From the NCBI GenBank assembly GCA_016840035.1, contig JAEOTC010000180.1, positions 1 through 12,003 on the forward strand: a stretch of DNA of 12,003 bases, given 5' to 3'. Made by a program: the position numbers and the translations under genes. Below, piece by piece: positions 1 to 7,434 of this stretch. The stretch comes from Candidatus Hodarchaeota archaeon. GTDB lineage: Archaea; Asgardarchaeota; Heimdallarchaeia; Hodarchaeales; Hodarchaeaceae. The notes below the pieces were generated by a model. That model was not told the origin of the DNA. It did no database searches and worked only from the letters and a program-made list of their open reading frames with translations. The first letter of the stretch is position 1; each line of letters opens with the position of its first letter.

Positions 1-31
1 AATTGGATGAAGAGTGTTGTAGTTGTTCACT

Positions 32-1396
32 ATGAAAAGTAATAATTTCAAGCTGATATTCTGTCTTAATCTACTGGTAATTCTGCAGTTATCTTCCTTT
101 TCACAAGGCATACCAAGTTCAAATTTGTTTACCTCGATTGAAACAGACAACATCAATCTTGATATTACAGAATCAATCTATAATAAGTATTCTCCAAATG
201 GAAATATATCAATTTTAGTAGCAGTTGATTCACATCTTTTGGGAACGGATAAATTTTTTATTGACAAGCCAGATGTAAAATATATATTTGAAAGTTGGCT
301 TACACCGCTTGAAAAGCGATTTAACATTAGTTTCCATGTTTTGAAAGTCACCGCGTATACTCCAAGTGAGAACGATTCGTTAGACACAAGTATTGTCAAG
401 GTGGCCAATACACTGTCATGGAACTTTGCCGAAACTCAAGATGCTCCTACAGTGGATGGAAATAATTACGATTTTCTGATTATTTATCAGGAAGAATATT
501 GGGGTGGACAGAATCGTGCAAATTCGGTAAATGGAAATGCATTGATTATTGCTCATAACCAACCATTCAGTTGGGTTTCCCGCCAATTAATTCTTTTACA
601 TGAAGTGGGCCATATATTCGGAGCTACTCATCAAAGTGGAGGAATAATCCCTGCAGAATGGTTTGGTTCTTCTGAACTGAGTATGATGGACTATTCGAAC
701 CTTTCGTATATGACCTATTTCGGATGGAATCGTGATGAAATCCCTATTGATGACCATAATTTTAATTTAATTAACTCCTCACGTTATCGCTTTGACCGTA
801 ATGATGCAGATCTTGATTCTCTTCCGAATTACTATGAATTTCGATTTGGCCTTGATCCTTCCACAGATGATACGCTAGAAGATCTTGACAATGACGGATT
901 AAACAATATAGATGAGTATAATGCTGGAACAAATCCCGCTGTGAAAGATAGCGATAGTGATTCATATTCTGATTGGGCTGAAGATTTTTTTGGATCTTCT
1001 CCACTCAACACAACAGATCTACCATTAATTTCTGACCCAGTTATCTTTTCAGAGAGTGAAGATCAAACAATATTTGACAATGAAACAGCTAATCTCAAAT
1101 GGCGAGCTATTGCTCAGGTAAAGGATAGTTATTCTATTTATGCAAACGATTCGCTGATTGAACAGGGCAATTGGAATAATGAAATAATCGAGCACACCTT
1201 TAGTCCGCAAGCTACTGGTAAGTGGGAAATTTCTTGTGTGGTTACTGATATTCAAGGACATGATGCGCAGGCTAGCATCTGGGTAAACGTCCAGCGATCA
1301 AAGATTCCTGGAATCACTTCTTTCATGTTTACATGGATTAGTCTAGTGATTCTGTTAGTTTTTGCTAGATTTAGAGTAAAGAAAGAAAACAAATAA
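32..1396 (+). CDS. Secreted, C-terminally membrane-anchored metzincin zinc metalloprotease (reprolysin/M12-like) with TSP3-like Ca-binding repeats and an Ig-like domain
   Basis: HExxHxxGxxH motif HEVGHIFGATH (599-631) followed by Met-turn-like SMMDY. Signal-peptide-like N-terminus MKSNNFKLIFCLNLLVILQLSSFSQG, so ATG 32 is preferred over the track's TTG 23. DxDxDGL..E...GTNP-type repeats, a beta-rich domain, then IPG + hydrophobic helix + basic tail. Confidence 0.85.
   Translation: MKSNNFKLIFCLNLLVILQLSSFSQGIPSSNLFTSIETDNINLDITESIYNKYSPNGNISILVAVDSHLLGTDKFFIDKPDVKYIFESWLTPLEKRFNISFHVLKVTAYTPSENDSLDTSIVKVANTLSWNFAETQDAPTVDGNNYDFLIIYQEEYWGGQNRANSVNGNALIIAHNQPFSWVSRQLILLHEVGHIFGATHQSGGIIPAEWFGSSELSMMDYSNLSYMTYFGWNRDEIPIDDHNFNLINSSRYRFDRNDADLDSLPNYYEFRFGLDPSTDDTLEDLDNDGLNNIDEYNAGTNPAVKDSDSDSYSDWAEDFFGSSPLNTTDLPLISDPVIFSESEDQTIFDNETANLKWRAIAQVKDSYSIYANDSLIEQGNWNNEIIEHTFSPQATGKWEISCVVTDIQGHDAQASIWVNVQRSKIPGITSFMFTWISLVILLVFARFRVKKENK
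803..1009 (+). repeat. Three protein-level bacterial/archaeal thrombospondin type 3-like Ca-binding repeats
   Basis: DADLDSLPNYYEFRFGLDP / DLDNDGLNNIDEYNAGTNP / DSDSDSYSDWAEDFFGSSP match the DxDxDGLxDxxExxxGTxP pattern. Confidence 0.8.
1304..1396 (+). other. C-terminal tripartite anchor/sorting signal (PGF-CTERM-like: motif, TM helix, basic cluster)
   Basis: IPGI TSFMFTWISLVILLVFA RFRVKKENK at the extreme C-terminus. Confidence 0.6.
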
Positions 1397-1413
1397 CTTT
1401 TCAAATTCCCTAA

Positions 1414-2181
1414 TCACTGGGAAAGAAGGTATAATATCCTAATACGTCCATCTAGTTCCGTGAATAGACTTTTCCACAAAGATCCTATACCAATCAGAGC
1501 GAAAAGGTACGAGACTTCTCCTGAATTATCTTCCACCACTCTGAATAAAACATCAAGTAAACCCCCTTTTCTTACATAGTCATTGATTATTAGCACGCGT
1601 TTATTGCTGATTCCAGGTTTTTTCGGTAAATAATACAGGGTCGAGACATGTTCTTGATCGATTAAGTATGGATACTGAGCGATTCGATTTGGATTCGCTG
1701 AAGGTGGACGATACGCAACAGAATACCAAGGTATGCCTAGAGTCTGAGAAAACCCAATAGCTAAAGGTACAGCTTCAGAATGTGTTAGTATTGCATCATA
1801 CTTGTCATATAAACGTTCCTTATGACAGAGATAATAAGCAATGAAATTAAGAGCTGAAGGAGAACTTAAAAGATTAGTTAGATCAATTTGAATTGGTTGG
1901 GCTTCAATATCTACATCTATCCGAGGTATCACTAAGTCAGGAACGATATTCACTTTTTCAAGAAGATAACCTCGAAAGAGAGATAATTTTTCCTTATTTA
2001 ATTTACTCTCTCCTCGTAAATATCGTGTAAATTGAGAATATGAAATTTCTATATCAGAATTATGTTCAATGAATTCCTTAATGGTGAGATAGAATCTGTG
2101 TGTGGACCGGTACTGCTCTAAGACCAACCTTAGTCCGTAAAGGATCTGAAATCGATCCCAGTAATGTTCTTCATATTTCAC
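1414..2181 (-). CDS. Archaeal-type transcriptional regulator: N-terminal HTH fused to a type I phosphoribosyltransferase-like domain (PurR-like architecture)
   Basis: HTH-like segment ISYSQFTRYLRG. PRTase-fold elements YDAILT..EAVPLA and PRPP-loop-like RVLIINDYVRKGG (about 1561-1599). GTG start, with an in-frame TAA upstream at 2221-2223. Confidence 0.75.
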   Translation of the reverse strand: MKYEEHYWDRFQILYGLRLVLEQYRSTHRFYLTIKEFIEHNSDIEISYSQFTRYLRGESKLNKEKLSLFRGYLLEKVNIVPDLVIPRIDVDIEAQPIQIDLTNLLSSPSALNFIAYYLCHKERLYDKYDAILTHSEAVPLAIGFSQTLGIPWYSVAYRPPSANPNRIAQYPYLIDQEHVSTLYYLPKKPGISNKRVLIINDYVRKGGLLDVLFRVVEDNSGEVSYLFALIGIGSLWKSLFTELDGRIRILYLLSQ

Positions 2182-2353
2182 TCTTATCTTCTCTGATTTC
2201 TTGCATTTTCTTGCAAGGAGTTATTGATCCGCTAATACTCAATCCTGTTAAAAGTGTATTTATTCACTAGTTTGCAACATTTCACATAGAATGTTCTGTG
2301 TTTATGTACAAAAGTATATGAAACAAGAGAAATCGGGATCTTCACGATACAAA
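2182..2353. promoter_or_regulatory. Divergent promoter region between the HTH-PRTase regulator and the ECF operon, with candidate operator elements
   Basis: TTTCTTGCA direct repeat with 10-bp period (2197-2205, 2207-2215), CTTGCAAG palindrome (2210-2217), another TTGCAA (2272-2277), and inverted repeat AACATT-N8-AATGTT (2276-2295). Confidence 0.45.
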
Positions 2354-3109
2354 ATGAAGGTCATGCAGACAATAGATCAAGATGTTCTAACTGTACGTGA
2401 GCTTGCTTTAACAGCTACCTTTACAGCACTAGTATTCATGTCTACTGCAATATTTTCATTTGAATTAGTCCCTACTACAGGATATTTTAATTTTGGGGAA
2501 TCTTTTGTATATATATCAGCTTTAATTGGTGGTCCCATTGTTGGAGCCATTGCAGGGGGGTTTGGCTCATTTTTAGCCGATGCATTCCTTGGGTATGGGG
2601 ATTTTGCCCCAGCAACACTAGTGATTAAAGGACTAGAAGGTCTAGTTGTTGGTTTATTATTCAGATTCAGTGATAGAGTCGATCAACAGAAACGAAGAGT
2701 GTTCTTAACTCTTATAACCGTCTTTATTATATTATTCACCCTAATTCTAAATTTTGAAGAAGGAAGTTTTATCGCGGAAAGTGGATTCAACCTTGGAACA
2801 TATTCCTTACCTGGAGTGATCTTGATTCTATTTGCACTAGGATTGACTCTGGTTATATGGCTTGTAGAATTTAAATTAAAATATAGAGGAAAAATGGCTC
2901 TTTCTTGCATTCTTGCTGGACCAATCATTATTGTTGGTTATTTCTTATGGGAAGTCATAGCCCTTGGATTTCCTGTTGAGACTGCTTTATTTGAAGTTCC
3001 ATTCAATGTTGCACAAGTTATTTTTGGTACTCTGATAGCTGTACCAATAGTTACATATCTTGATGAATTAGGAGTTCTCCCAGCTCGAAAATCTTTGGAA
3101 CAACAATAG
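2354..3109 (+). CDS. ECF transporter substrate-specific S component (COG4720/PF07155-like), long form
   Basis: Family-typical TALVF..T, GYFNFGE, GP..GAIAGGFGS.LAD..LGY..APATLVIKG.EG and E.PFN..Q motifs; first gene of an ecfA-ecfA'-ecfT run. Start is uncertain: ATG 2354 or 2363 fit better than the track's 2291, whose first ~20 aa are atypical. Confidence 0.88.
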   Translation: MKVMQTIDQDVLTVRELALTATFTALVFMSTAIFSFELVPTTGYFNFGESFVYISALIGGPIVGAIAGGFGSFLADAFLGYGDFAPATLVIKGLEGLVVGLLFRFSDRVDQQKRRVFLTLITVFIILFTLILNFEEGSFIAESGFNLGTYSLPGVILILFALGLTLVIWLVEFKLKYRGKMALSCILAGPIIIVGYFLWEVIALGFPVETALFEVPFNVAQVIFGTLIAVPIVTYLDELGVLPARKSLEQQ

Positions 3110-3128
3110 ACCCCCTGATTGATTTCTA

Positions 3129-3935
3129 ATGCTAGAAGTTAGTAACCTAAGTGTCAAATATCCTAACTCGAATGAGTATGCTCTTTCCAGCATTTCTTTT
3201 TCCGCCAACCCAGGTCAAATTATCCTAATTACAGGAGCCAGTGGAGCAGGAAAAAGTACTCTTGCCCAAGTTCTTATGACTTTGATCCCAAAATTTAATC
3301 CTGCAGAATTAAAAGGGGAAATTCAGGTTAATTACAAACAAATTCTAACCTACAATCGAGAAGAATTCACTAAAATATGCGGTTACGTTCCTCAGTATCC
3401 TGCTGACTTTGTGACTACATTATCAGTTGAAGAGGAGGTAGCACTCGTATTAGAGAATCTAGGTTTTGAAGCTGATGATATTAACAGGAGATTAAATGAA
3501 GTCTTTGAAATTTTGGAAATTAATCATCTAAGAGATAAGATTCAGACGGAACTTAGTTCTGGGGAATTACAGCGAGTAGCTCTAGCTGCAGCTATTGCTC
3601 CAGATAATCCAATATTAATATTTGATGAACCTATGGCCAGAATTGACCTGAAATCAGAAATTTTACTTACTGATCTCTTAGTAAAGTTATCTAAAAACGG
3701 GAAAATAGTTTTAGTCTTTGAACATCGACTTGAATATCTACTAGGGGTGGCTGATAAAGTCATCCTACTGGATAATGGAAAACTTAAGTCTCAGGGTACT
3801 CCTCAAAACATTATCAAGGATCTGTTATTAGTAGATCCACCTGAAATATCCTTGATGAAACTTAAAAAATCATCAGTTACTCCAATATCTCTACAAGAGG
3901 CACAAAACTTACTGAAGCTTGAACTATCTAAGTAG
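3129..3935 (+). CDS. ecfA1: ECF transporter ATP-binding protein A
   Basis: Walker A GASGAGKST, Q-loop YVPQYP, signature LSSGELQR, Walker B ILIFDEP, H-loop FEH, ECF-typical VEEEVA..LENLG. Confidence 0.92.
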   Translation: MLEVSNLSVKYPNSNEYALSSISFSANPGQIILITGASGAGKSTLAQVLMTLIPKFNPAELKGEIQVNYKQILTYNREEFTKICGYVPQYPADFVTTLSVEEEVALVLENLGFEADDINRRLNEVFEILEINHLRDKIQTELSSGELQRVALAAAIAPDNPILIFDEPMARIDLKSEILLTDLLVKLSKNGKIVLVFEHRLEYLLGVADKVILLDNGKLKSQGTPQNIIKDLLLVDPPEISLMKLKKSSVTPISLQEAQNLLKLELSK

Positions 3936-3946
3936 GGAGAATAACC

Positions 3947-4738
3947 GTGAAAATACAATTCGAGAAAGTAAATTATCGGTATTCCCCAAACACAGAAGAA
4001 ATATTTCAATCGCTTTCATGGAGAAGTACCTCTCCTGAAACTATTGGATTATTAGGTGTAAATGGTAGTGGAAAATCAACCTTTCTCAGATTACTCGGAG
4101 GATTGATTAAACCTAGCTCGGGCAAGATTTTACTCGGTGGAACATCTATATCAGGGATCTCTTCAGTAAAAAGCAAGCTTTGTTTTGTCCCTGAAAATGC
4201 CAGATTATTCCTCATGGGGCCATCTTTGAGAAGAGAATTGAAGAGATTAAATAAGAGTGACGCAGAAATTTCAACGCTAATTCAGAAATCGGACTTTGAT
4301 AAACTTGTAGATAAGAAAATTTACCTGTTGAGTGAGGGACAACGTAGATTAATCGCGATTTGGTTAGCTTTTCAGCTTGATAGACAAATTATCCTTTTAG
4401 ATGAACCTACAATCGGCATGGACATTAACGGAAAGATAATTTTTTCCAAACTCTTGGAAAAAGCTGTTTCTTCTGGTAAAACAGTGATAATTGCCAGTAA
4501 TGACTCCCGTATTTTACCCCTATTTGACAGAATTTCTGTAATTCAAGAAAAAGGCATAAAATTAGATGGGTCTCCAAAGGAGGTATTATATAAACTCGAA
4601 AAGACTACTAATTTAATTCCAAATCAAGTGGTTCGATTAATCTCTTCGATGAATGATTCTGGTTTTGACATTCCTCATTATACGAATATTTCGGAATTAA
4701 ACGCATATCTCACACGTATTGAAAGGAGGAAAACCTAA
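3947..4738 (+). CDS. ecfA2: ECF transporter ATP-binding protein A' (partly degenerate motifs)
   Basis: Walker A GVNGSGKST, signature LSEGQRR, Walker B IILLDEPT. GTG start preceded by SD-like GGGAGA. Confidence 0.88.
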   Translation: MKIQFEKVNYRYSPNTEEIFQSLSWRSTSPETIGLLGVNGSGKSTFLRLLGGLIKPSSGKILLGGTSISGISSVKSKLCFVPENARLFLMGPSLRRELKRLNKSDAEISTLIQKSDFDKLVDKKIYLLSEGQRRLIAIWLAFQLDRQIILLDEPTIGMDINGKIIFSKLLEKAVSSGKTVIIASNDSRILPLFDRISVIQEKGIKLDGSPKEVLYKLEKTTNLIPNQVVRLISSMNDSGFDIPHYTNISELNAYLTRIERRKT

Positions 4739-4746
4739 TTTCCGGG

Positions 4747-5457
4747 ATGTTAGATAGACTCTATGAAGGATTAGTATTTCGGCCAGATTCAACTAATTTT
4801 CATCCTCTTTCTGGCATTCTTATACTTTTAATTCAATTTATTTTACTTCTTATCTTAGAACCCGTCCTCTTAGCCATTCTAGTATGTTTGATTTGTATCG
4901 AGTTTCTCTTAGTAGGAGGATTTAGAGGGATTCTTAACCTTCTGTGGGGGATTGCACCTCTTTTGATTTTCGTAACAGGAACAACATGGTTGTTCTCTGG
5001 ACCTATCAACGCTCTTGGAGTGTTTCTGCGGCTTGTAAGTGGTGCTTTGGGATTTTCATTTGTCATTACATTTACCAATCCATCCGATTTAACTCGTGTC
5101 TTGGAATCGCTTCGTATTCCTCCACGATGGGCTATCATTCCCTCTTTGACCTTATCATTTGTACCACGAGTCATTAGAGACGCTCAAGAAACTTTTGAAA
5201 CGCTTTCATTACGAGGTGAGATCGGAGGAAAATGGAATATCCTAAGCTGGTTACCCAAGGCATTAGCAATTATTATCGCTTCGAGTCTTTATCGGTCAGA
5301 ATTTCTTGCTCAATCTCTATATTTTCGAGGATTTGGACTTCCCACTCGTACACATTACCGTAAGGTCAGGTTTCGACTCATAGACCTGATACGTACAATT
5401 TTTTGGTGTTGTATCCTAGTTTTACTAACTAGTGGAACTATCGAATCAATTAGTTAA
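4747..5457 (+). CDS. ecfT: ECF transporter transmembrane T component (CbiQ family)
   Basis: Hydrophobic N-half, FT.PSDL...L..L.IP motif, two coupling X-R-G motifs (SLRG, YFRG), C-terminal RT.Y.....R..D. Confidence 0.9.
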   Translation: MLDRLYEGLVFRPDSTNFHPLSGILILLIQFILLLILEPVLLAILVCLICIEFLLVGGFRGILNLLWGIAPLLIFVTGTTWLFSGPINALGVFLRLVSGALGFSFVITFTNPSDLTRVLESLRIPPRWAIIPSLTLSFVPRVIRDAQETFETLSLRGEIGGKWNILSWLPKALAIIIASSLYRSEFLAQSLYFRGFGLPTRTHYRKVRFRLIDLIRTIFWCCILVLLTSGTIESIS

Positions 5458-6112
5458 GTTGAAGTAAAACAACTCGTTCTTTGAAGATCCTAATATGGGC
5501 GTATCTTCCCATGTTAATCGCCATTACAGGGAAGTGTTTATCAGAAAAGGATTTGCCAAGTAAAACTGCTTGGATTATTGAAAATGATCCACCATGACCA
5601 ATCAAGGCAATCCGATGTTCTTTCCCATCTCGTTTCGAATTAAGGAATTTTAAAAACCCACTAGACACTCTTTCCCAAAATTTCTGCAGACTTTCACCTT
5701 GAGGAAATTGAAATTCCTTATGCGTGTTAAGGAGTCTAGCTACAAGGGGTTCATGTCTTCCTACCTTATTCATGGGAAAAAGTTTTGGATAAGAGGGATC
5801 CATTTCAATTTCTGATTTAAATTTTCCCGCCCATACACCCAGATCAATTTCTGCCAGCCAATCTTGTTCTGTGAATTCGGGTTTTGCTTCAAGGGCATTA
5901 TAGATATGTGTTGCAGTTTGTTTTGTTCTGACGAAAGGACTTGCAATGAAATCAGTGAAAAGTTCTAATCGAAGTTCTTCTGCAGTCTGTTTTGCCTGCT
6001 CAACACCCAAATTGCTTAAAGGAGAGGAAGGACTCGTCCAATGCTTAGGAGGGTTTTCAGGTTGGGCATGTCGAATTAAAAACAAATCTATTTCAAGATT
6101 TTTTAAATCCAC
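5450..6112 (-). CDS. Histidine phosphatase superfamily protein (branch 1; PhoE/CobC/dPGM-like)
   Basis: LIRHA catalytic motif, SPFVRTKQTA, LAEIDLG.W.G, GESL and LIGHGG. GTG start with AGGATG upstream. Converges on ecfT with an 8-bp overlap. Confidence 0.9.
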   Translation of the reverse strand: MDLKNLEIDLFLIRHAQPENPPKHWTSPSSPLSNLGVEQAKQTAEELRLELFTDFIASPFVRTKQTATHIYNALEAKPEFTEQDWLAEIDLGVWAGKFKSEIEMDPSYPKLFPMNKVGRHEPLVARLLNTHKEFQFPQGESLQKFWERVSSGFLKFLNSKRDGKEHRIALIGHGGSFSIIQAVLLGKSFSDKHFPVMAINMGRYAHIRIFKERVVLLQLN

Positions 6113-6125
6113 GATTGGCCCATCC

Positions 6126-6152
6126 TAAAAAAGAAAAAATAATAAGAAAAAA
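6126..6152 (-). terminator. Archaeal-type oligo-U terminator-like tract downstream of fba
   Basis: Minus strand reads TTTTTTCTTATTATTTTTTCTTTTTTA shortly after the fba stop; no strong GC hairpin. Confidence 0.5.
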
Positions 6153-6160
6153 CTTCTTTC

Positions 6161-7267
6161 TTAAAGCTTGGATGCTTGACCGTAGCTATTAAAAGCTTTT
6201 AAGAACATTAAAGCACTGGTATATGCTGCAGAGGACAAAGCATGTTCGGTAGTCTCACTAACTCCATACAACTCATCAAAATGCTCTATAATAGCCATTT
6301 TACTGTATTTCAAGAATGTTTCATTAACAGGAATCCCTGATTTCTGATAATTGTCACTAGTCCAGTTGAAAATAGTATCAAATAGCTCAGGTTCAAAGAT
6401 CTTTAGTACATCCCACGCAACAGTCATCCAATTTGTTCCAACATTTCCTTTTCCAATCACATCTTTTGGAAATTTCTTTGCGATAATATCAAGGGGTGTA
6501 CCAGTAATCCCGTGTTGGGCAATCTTTACTCCAAAAGGCTTGATAGCTTGCCCAATATCCGAGGTTAGTTGGATATCAATTCCTTCCTGACGGATGGGAT
6601 TACCATGTTCGTCATATTGAAAACCATGAACAGATCCATTTGCGATTGCGAGAAAATGAGGATGGACATCATTTTCCTTTAACGACTCAATATATGTTGT
6701 CGCTTCTGTCACTGTGGTCATGACTAATCCAGTTGTTGGGTCTTTCTTGCCAATTTCGCCTACCTCCACCTCCAAACCAAATTCTTTGTGCCCCAATTTA
6801 TCCTCGATAAAGTGAGCGACCTCGGTAGTCGCATTGATATTTCCAATTAAGTGTTCTTTATCGTTTGAACCAGATTTATCGTAAAGGAAACTCGCATCTA
6901 TGGCAAAGGAGGTATATCCCGCCGCAATTTGGGCAGAGATTAATTCTTTTACTCCAGGAATGTCCTCTGGTTTACCAACTTTGATATGATCCCCATGAAT
7001 AACATAATTCGCATATTTGACCTCTGAAGCGATTTCGGATACAAACTTCCCATATTTAGCGGGAGTAAGTCCTGTATAACCACCTTGAAGGTCAGACTCT
7101 GATTTTGCCAATTCAAAGATGATTGGTGAGTTCGTGTCTTTAGCAGCCTGTAGAATTCCTTTAACTACTCCTTTCCCTATTCGAGTATTGCAGGCCATAA
7201 TGATACTATTCGTAGGATGAATTTTTTCGTAAAAAGGTTTTCCCCACATCGGTTTATAATCAGACAT
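6161..7267 (-). CDS. fba: Class II (metal-dependent) fructose-bisphosphate aldolase
   Basis: HGDH, SFAIDAS, LEVEVGEIG, LAIANGSVHG, IAQHGITG and KGNVGT: catalytic Asp and three metal-binding His positions are present. SD-like GAGGA upstream of the ATG. Confidence 0.92.
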   Translation of the reverse strand: MSDYKPMWGKPFYEKIHPTNSIIMACNTRIGKGVVKGILQAAKDTNSPIIFELAKSESDLQGGYTGLTPAKYGKFVSEIASEVKYANYVIHGDHIKVGKPEDIPGVKELISAQIAAGYTSFAIDASFLYDKSGSNDKEHLIGNINATTEVAHFIEDKLGHKEFGLEVEVGEIGKKDPTTGLVMTTVTEATTYIESLKENDVHPHFLAIANGSVHGFQYDEHGNPIRQEGIDIQLTSDIGQAIKPFGVKIAQHGITGTPLDIIAKKFPKDVIGKGNVGTNWMTVAWDVLKIFEPELFDTIFNWTSDNYQKSGIPVNETFLKYSKMAIIEHFDELYGVSETTEHALSSAAYTSALMFLKAFNSYGQASKL

Positions 7268-7434
7268 TGTCTAAAATCCTCTGTATACTACTGTTTAGCC
7301 TATATAGACTCAGCTAAAATTTTCTTCGATTCAAAAATCAAAATTTCACAGAAAATATTTTTATTGCGACCAACTTATTTGGAGAGCAATTTCTCCATTA
7401 CTCTTTTTCAGGATGCTAGGAAGTAGGGAAGAAA
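7268..7434. promoter_or_regulatory. Divergent promoter region between fba and the giant surface-protein gene
   Basis: 167-bp AT-rich gap. TATA-like CTATATAG (7300-7307) lies 33-40 bp upstream of the fba ATG; AAAATATTTT at 7352-7361; inverted repeat TGGAGA-N6-TCTCCA at 7380-7397. Confidence 0.45.

Noticed and set aside
2288-2303. Minus-strand AAACACAGAACATT, loosely resembling the Bacillus PurBox (AWWWCCGAACWWT)
   Set aside because: It lacks the core CGAA, and the adjacent regulator's HTH does not resemble the Bacillus PurR winged helix; likely coincidence.
2182-2362. Riboswitch (TPP, FMN, cobalamin) upstream of the ECF S gene
   Set aside because: The region is short and AT-rich with no recognisable aptamer core; an Rfam scan would be needed to exclude one formally.
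5450-5457. 8-bp convergent overlap of ecfT and the phosphatase gene
   Set aside because: Short tail-to-tail overlaps are common in compact prokaryotic genomes.
5450-6112. Specific assignment as gpmA or cobC
   Set aside because: Only superfamily-level motifs are visible; the substrate cannot be assigned from sequence.
178-6590. Short ORFs in the track (178-408, 771-1004, 1049-1261, 2683-2928, 3542-3763, 3803-4009, 4006-4215, 4833-5174, 4944-5177, 5946-6128, 6351-6590)
   Set aside because: All are antisense or out-of-frame shadows of well-supported genes and show no recognisable motifs.
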